Positions 58,691-64,000 of a stretch of DNA of 64,000 nt are shown one piece after another. Below the pieces are notes generated by a model, which made no database searches, had not been told where the DNA came from, and worked only from the letters and a program-made list of their open reading frames with translations. This DNA is from Glycera tridactyla. Taxonomy: Eukaryota. The position numbers were made by a program, and so were the translations under genes. Position 1 is the stretch's first letter. The number at the start of each line of letters is the position of its first letter. The DNA lies in the NCBI GenBank assembly GCA_965644265.1, contig OZ286466.1:96782001-96846000 (forward strand), written 5' to 3'.

Positions 58691-59267
58691 CGTCGTACAT
58701 CCCTTTTACCAACAATGCCAGTCAGTCAGCCAGCCAATCAGTCAGACAGCCAGCCAGCCAGTCAGTCAGTCAATCAGTCAGTCAGTAAGTTGATTTACAG
58801 GGAGGACCTGCGCTACTCTTTGGAGAAATCGACTGATGAAGATTATAATATGAATATAAAACATCAAGGGGGCGAATCCAGGTTCTCACCAAGGACAGTT
58901 GAACCCGCTCAAAAGACCACCTTTCCACCTCTATACAAAGGCCACCTGCCAACAAAGGCCATCCATGTGCCATTTTGCATTTGTGTGTACCTCAAACCAT
59001 GCAATCATATCAAAGTGTGGAAAATTACATGTGCCTTCTGGGCACGAAATATATTGCTTCATGTGCCTTTAAAAGGGTGTAAATGGATAACAATTTATGA
59101 TAGGATTTGGGATTGACAATTCACTTTCAGAATAACCTTCCCTGGAGTAGCTATGTAGCCTTTTTTTACAGTGAAACCTGCCCAACAGAGCACTCCCATG
59201 CATAGACCACCTATCTTCAGACGCTTAGAGGCCAGCTGGATTGTCAGTCATGATAATTTGGCGACTA

Positions 59268-59434
59268 CAGTCAAACCTGTCTACAAAGACCATCATTTGC
59301 TGTATAGAGCTAAATAAGTGACCTTTGTAGAGAGGGTGTATATTGTACAGTAGCTTTTGCATAGATATCTCAGGGCCGCCTTTGTAGGCAGGTGGGTTTT
59401 GTAGATACTTGGTTTTTCCCAGCAGGTTTTACTG
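59268..59434. mobile_element. Tc1/mariner-pogo-type MITE
   Basis: TIR cagtcaaacctg / caggttttactg with TA flanks. Confidence 0.7.
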
Positions 59435-59639
59435 TATGGACCAGGGCTAGCGGTCAACAAAGACCACTCCAAAGTGCATATATTGTTATAGAGAGGTTTG
59501 ATTGTAGTTCTCTATCTTTGTACAAAGGTGGTCTCTTGAGCAACTTACAATACTATACTACCCAGACTGTGAAGAAGATGAGAAACCACAAATCCACCAA
59601 CTTTCCGGCTGCTTACACATTTATTACATGACTAAGAAA

Positions 59640-61310
59640 GATTTGAATGGAAAGTGAAATATAATAACCAACCAAAACTATCTTTTCAGAGAGATGCCCT
59701 GAAAATGGCATACTACAAGACGTCGCGCACAATCAAAGGGATATTTCATCAACATTTGAAGAATATTGAAGAAAAGAGTAGCCATCAGCCAGAGAACGAT
59801 GATTTGATTTCTAACAGTGGACTTCAGTGCTCAGCTGATTGGGATGATGGGGATGACACGTACATGGAAGTTGGGGATGTCTAGTCACAGGCAGATAATG
59901 TACGAATCAGTTTCAATGATAACAGTGATCGCTCTGATGGAGGAATCGACTATGGCAGTGATGATCATGATGATTACGTTGATGACGATGATGATGACGA
60001 TGATGATGATGATGATGCAGGAAATGATTATGAATTTTCTGTCAAAGACAAGCTAGCGAAGAGGGCTATTGACAACAATAATACTCATGTTGGTTTGGCA
60101 GACTGGCTGAAGTTGTTAAAAGATGTACCAGGTTTGGACAGCCTCCCAAAAGACCCACGGACATTGTTACAATGTGCTAATATTGACATATCTGGTGATA
60201 TACAACAAGTTGGTGGTGGTATGTATTATCACTTTGGAGTGAAGACTGGATTGATTGATCTTATTTCATCAAACCCCTCATTAAAAAAAAAAGACTGAAA
60301 TAAAATTACAGCTGAATATTGATGGTATGTCCATGTACAAAAGCTCTAATAAACACTTCTGGCCCATTCTGGGAATGGTGCAACAGGTTATCAGACCCAA
60401 ACCATTTGTGATTGGAATATTCTATGGACATACACGACCAACGAATGTGCATGATTTCCTGGCTGATCTAATAGAAGAACTACATAAAATCCAAGTGAAC
60501 AAACTAACTCATGGAGGTCACATGTATACAATCGTAGTTGAAAATGTGATTTGTGATGCAGCTGCACAAGCAATTGTAAAATGTATACCACTTCACAGTG
60601 GCTACTCAAGTTGTGAGCGTTGTGCGCATCAAGGTGGTTATGCCAGGAAAATGACGTTCCCAGTGTTGGATGCACCATTATGAACAGATATTACATTCGA
60701 TGAGATGGCAGATGAGGCACACCACAAAAACATCACCTCTTTCCAGCGAATCAGTCTTAGCATGGTCACTTGTTTTCTGTTAGATTACATGCACTTAGTG
60801 TGCCTTGGTGTTATGCAGCGCATGTTGATGATGTGGATCAAAGGGCCATGAATTCTCAATCTCAGTAATTCAACCATCACAAGTATTCAGACACTCTTGT
60901 TGGACTCGTTGGTCATATTTCCAAAGAATTTGCATGAAATCCCCGCAGCCTGAAAAACTGGAACAGTGGAAAGCTAAAGAGTCCCGGTTATTTCTTCAGT
61001 ACACTGGTCTTGTTTGTCTGAGGGACAAAATATCTTCTAAGGTGTATGAGAATTTCCTATTTCTTTCCACTGGAATGCATATATTGCTCAGCCCAAAATT
61101 CTGCAATCCTCTATGCAATTTTGCACAACGAATCCTCACCTATTTTGCTAACTTGTATGGTAACACCAGTATTTTGTACAATGTGCACAATTCAATTCAT
61201 TTACCAGATGATGTATGCAACAGTGAATGCCCACTTGACAAAATATCATGTTTCCCTTTTGAGACATTTCTCCACACCATTAAGAAAATGTTGAGAAAAC
61301 CAAACTGCGC
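59640..61310 (+). pseudogene. Animal EnSpm/CACTA(CMC)-like transposase relic with a poly-Asp (GAT)n tract
   Basis: LPKDPRTLL; GMYYHFGV; LQLNIDGMSMYKSSNKHFWPILG; ICDAAAQAIVK...HSGYSSCERC; PLDYMHLVCLGVM; LQYTGLV; YNVHNSIHL; SCFPFETFLHTIKK. Confidence 0.82.
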
Positions 61311-61504
61311 TCTTCTGAACACTGGTCTTGTTTGTCTGAGGGGCAAAATAAAACCAAACTGCGCTCTACAGCATCTACGATTTTGGAGAGGTCAAAGCTA
61401 CCAAAATCCCTCAAGATAAACATCAATGAATATGTTCTGACGACGCAACACTTTAGAGGACCTATACCCCTTCCTATTCAATTGGTTCCAACTATAAGCA
61501 ATAT

Positions 61505-62043
61505 CTTAGGCTGCCCACCTGAGCCTTTTTCTTCACCACCTAAGCCAATTTCTCTGAAATAAGCCTCATCAACCCAAAAATGCTATGTTTTCCTTTGTTC
61601 AGAATGGGTCATGTAGCCCCTTGCATCATCTCTCAGTGGGCCAATTCAAATTCGAATGTGGCAAATGGTGCAGGGCCTACCCCTCCGCAAGACCCTTTAT
61701 AGTATAATTCAGGGATCTGCGGAGGGGTTGGCCCGGCACCATTTGCCACATTCAAATTTCAAAGCTGAGAGATGATGCAATGGGCCTCATGACCCACTCC
61801 AAAACAATGAACAAGGGCCGCGCCTTGCAGGGGATTGGCACTTCATTTGGTGTATTGACCTGTTGAATACAACTTCAAAGGCTCGGATCAGCAATTCTAG
61901 ATTCAAAGAATAATAAACATGGTCAATGTGCTCAACAAATATGATCTAAAGAACAAGAGAAACAGAATTTTTGGGTTAATGAGACTTATTCCAGAGAAAT
62001 TGGCTTAGGTGGTGAAGAAAAAAGCTCAGGTGGGCAGCCCAAG
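61505..62043. mobile_element. Foldback/MITE: ~75-bp terminal inverted arms plus an internal ~190-bp palindrome (61606-61795)
   Basis: 61505-61580 is the near reverse complement of 61968-62043; tgtggcaaatggtgc...gcaccatttgccaca inner arms. Confidence 0.8.
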
Positions 62044-62384
62044 ACTTTATATAGTAGGGAAATCCCTGGTTCATTGAACATGTCTCAGACTCCGTGCCCA
62101 GGAATGGCCCAATCGAATCCAAAATGACCCACTCAGTTTTATGTCATTGGGTCTCTCGACACATCAGGTTTTTTCTCCGCACATCCCTGTGATCTATCTA
62201 TGTATGTATATTCAGTGGCAGCTCCATACAGAGAACTGAGCAGGATGGTATTTGAGCAGATTCATACCCCTCTTTTTTGTGCCGGATGAGCTCAGTTTGG
62301 ATGTGGTTGGATGCATTCAGAGAAAGATGACAGACACTTCAATCTGCTCCTGGTGCTTTATAGGTAGGTAGCATTTGTTGAGAT

Positions 62385-62730
62385 TTGTTTTTTGTTTATT
62401 TGAGGTTTAACAGCATGTATCAATCCTAGGGTTATGTATCCTGTGTGTTCCTGGTCGATGAAAGCTAAATGCTCTCTCCCCTGCAGATATCTCTGTCACA
62501 AACCCTGAAAAAAAGATGATGGGGAACGTGAAAGCTTGTCAAGTGAATGTAGCTGACAGCTCAGACACACCTCTACCTACTCTTCATGACCAAATTGAAT
62601 CTAATTATGGCATATCTAACTATGTAACTGGCGGGAAGCTAACACTCACGCCTGATAGCAATGCTTTGTTTTTGCAAAGCGCAGCACTTGACACGAGGAA
62701 AATCATTATATTCGGAGAATACTCAACCAA
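62385..62730 (-). mobile_element. Diverged 5'-truncated family-B copy
   Basis: tttgaggtttaacagcatgtatc tail and B body. Confidence 0.8.
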
Positions 62731-63674
62731 TGTTGTTGAGGGATATAGTATGTCAAGTTTAATCATGGTGGGTACGTTTTTTTGCCATAGCATCGCGAAT
62801 TCACATCGATCTTCCAGTGCAGATTCATAGAATCTTTCTCATTGTAGGACACCTGAGTCGTATAGGGCACCCGACACATCCTGGTGAAAACAAGACATCG
62901 GTGAATGGCTGGCTACAAGCAAAGAACATCGAAGTCACTGATAAGATGCTCAAGGCGGAGTTGTTTTAACTTTCCATGGCAACAGTTGACTACAAGTCGG
63001 AAGTATTGGTACACAGATATTGATCTCCAGCATCAGGATTCAAACCTAAAGATCCAACATGCTGACAATAGACGGAAGTACATCTCGGTTGTTCTGGGTT
63101 TCCAGTAGATGCGTTCGATCCCGGGACAACGAGGGTTTTCCAGTTTCACAGATATTTCTACCACGGTCACGACTGTTGTTACAATCCAAACCGGAAAAAG
63201 AAAAATCCTTAGCGTACATGATGCTCCAGGAAACACGACTGAGATCAGAGTACATCTGAGCACTTGGGTACCACTCACTGAAATATGGGAATGTGAGTGG
63301 CGACACCAAGTGCATGATGATCCAAAGATCAGAGCTTTCCCGGGGCAGGCTTTTCCTTTGATGTGCTCCGTCTCCCAACTGATCATCCTGGATTGAATCT
63401 GATTGAGCTCATTCAGGCTCAGGTGAAGAACCATATTGCTGTATGCAACCATTCCTATAAAATGCGAGATGTCAAGCAGCTATTTTTCAGGCGCATGATT
63501 GTGTAGGTCAAGTGAACTGGGAAAACAGCTGCATAGTGAAGAGGTTTGAAACTCCTCCCATGGAGCAGATGGTGTAAATGCAGCACATGTTCCTCCCCTG
63601 ATACTGAAAAATTACAATAACAATGACAAAACCTTTATTTATACAGGTTTTTCACAAGACAGCCCACGACCTAT

Positions 63675-63930
63675 ATGATCCCTTCAGCATGGAAAACCAT
63701 GTACCCTTCGGATTTCAGATTTGAGCCTCTTCAGCGGAACAGTGAAACGGTGGGACTGGCCACAGAGGTTGCTTCTGGACATTTCCTCATATTATACCTT
63801 CAAATGAACCAGTCCGTGCCGAAACTCATGGACACGATTGTCCATGAGATTGGGCACATTTGCCATTTCTGTTTGCAACAATTCAACTGCAAAGAGTGAA
63901 TGACAATCACTGTGTGAAGTGGGTGGTTTT
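63675..63930 (+). pseudogene. HExxH zinc-metalloprotease-like fragment (SprT-like, tentative)
   Basis: MDTIVHEIGHICH, then NDNHCVKW after a frame change. Confidence 0.4.
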
Positions 63931-64000
63931 GACCGGTGGACTGCCTGATTTCTACCCGTCCATCCCACATTCACACTTGCCCCAATACTACCTATGATAC

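Noticed and set aside
59817-60056. Met-rich ORF
   Set aside because: Alternate frame of the (GAT)n poly-Asp tract in the transposase relic.
1-64000. Intact host protein-coding, rRNA or tRNA gene
   Set aside because: Every recognisable frame is TE-derived and, apart from the Harbinger transposase, disrupted; no rRNA or tRNA sequence was recognised.

Overview
Eukaryotic (metazoan; a lophotrochozoan or mollusc-like animal is my inference) transposon graveyard with no recognisable intact host gene. The scaffold is built from plus-strand relics: at least seven DIRS/Ngaro tyrosine-recombinase (YR) retrotransposon pieces, a tandemly triplicated Ulp1-protease + Crypton-like YR element (1.3-12.4 kb), and CryptonA, pogo, hAT, piggyBac, EnSpm-like and Myb/SANT relics. 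There is also one young, TIR/TSD-intact, single-ORF Harbinger (35185-37557). Into this scaffold about 60 retroposon 3' ends have inserted (hand count), almost all on the minus strand. They belong to an RNase-H-bearing I-clade LINE (family A), a sister tail (A2), a ~150-nt element (C) and an ~830-nt element (B). All share one 3' stem-loop followed by GTTAA and an (AAAC)/(AACC)/(AATC)n tail. The most notable signals are this locus-wide strand polarity (LINE system minus, everything else plus), the structurally shared 3' recognition module, and the two fixed-length passenger RNAs (B, C), which lack an evident tRNA head. Relic boundaries are approximate; TSD coordinates were read directly from the sequence.
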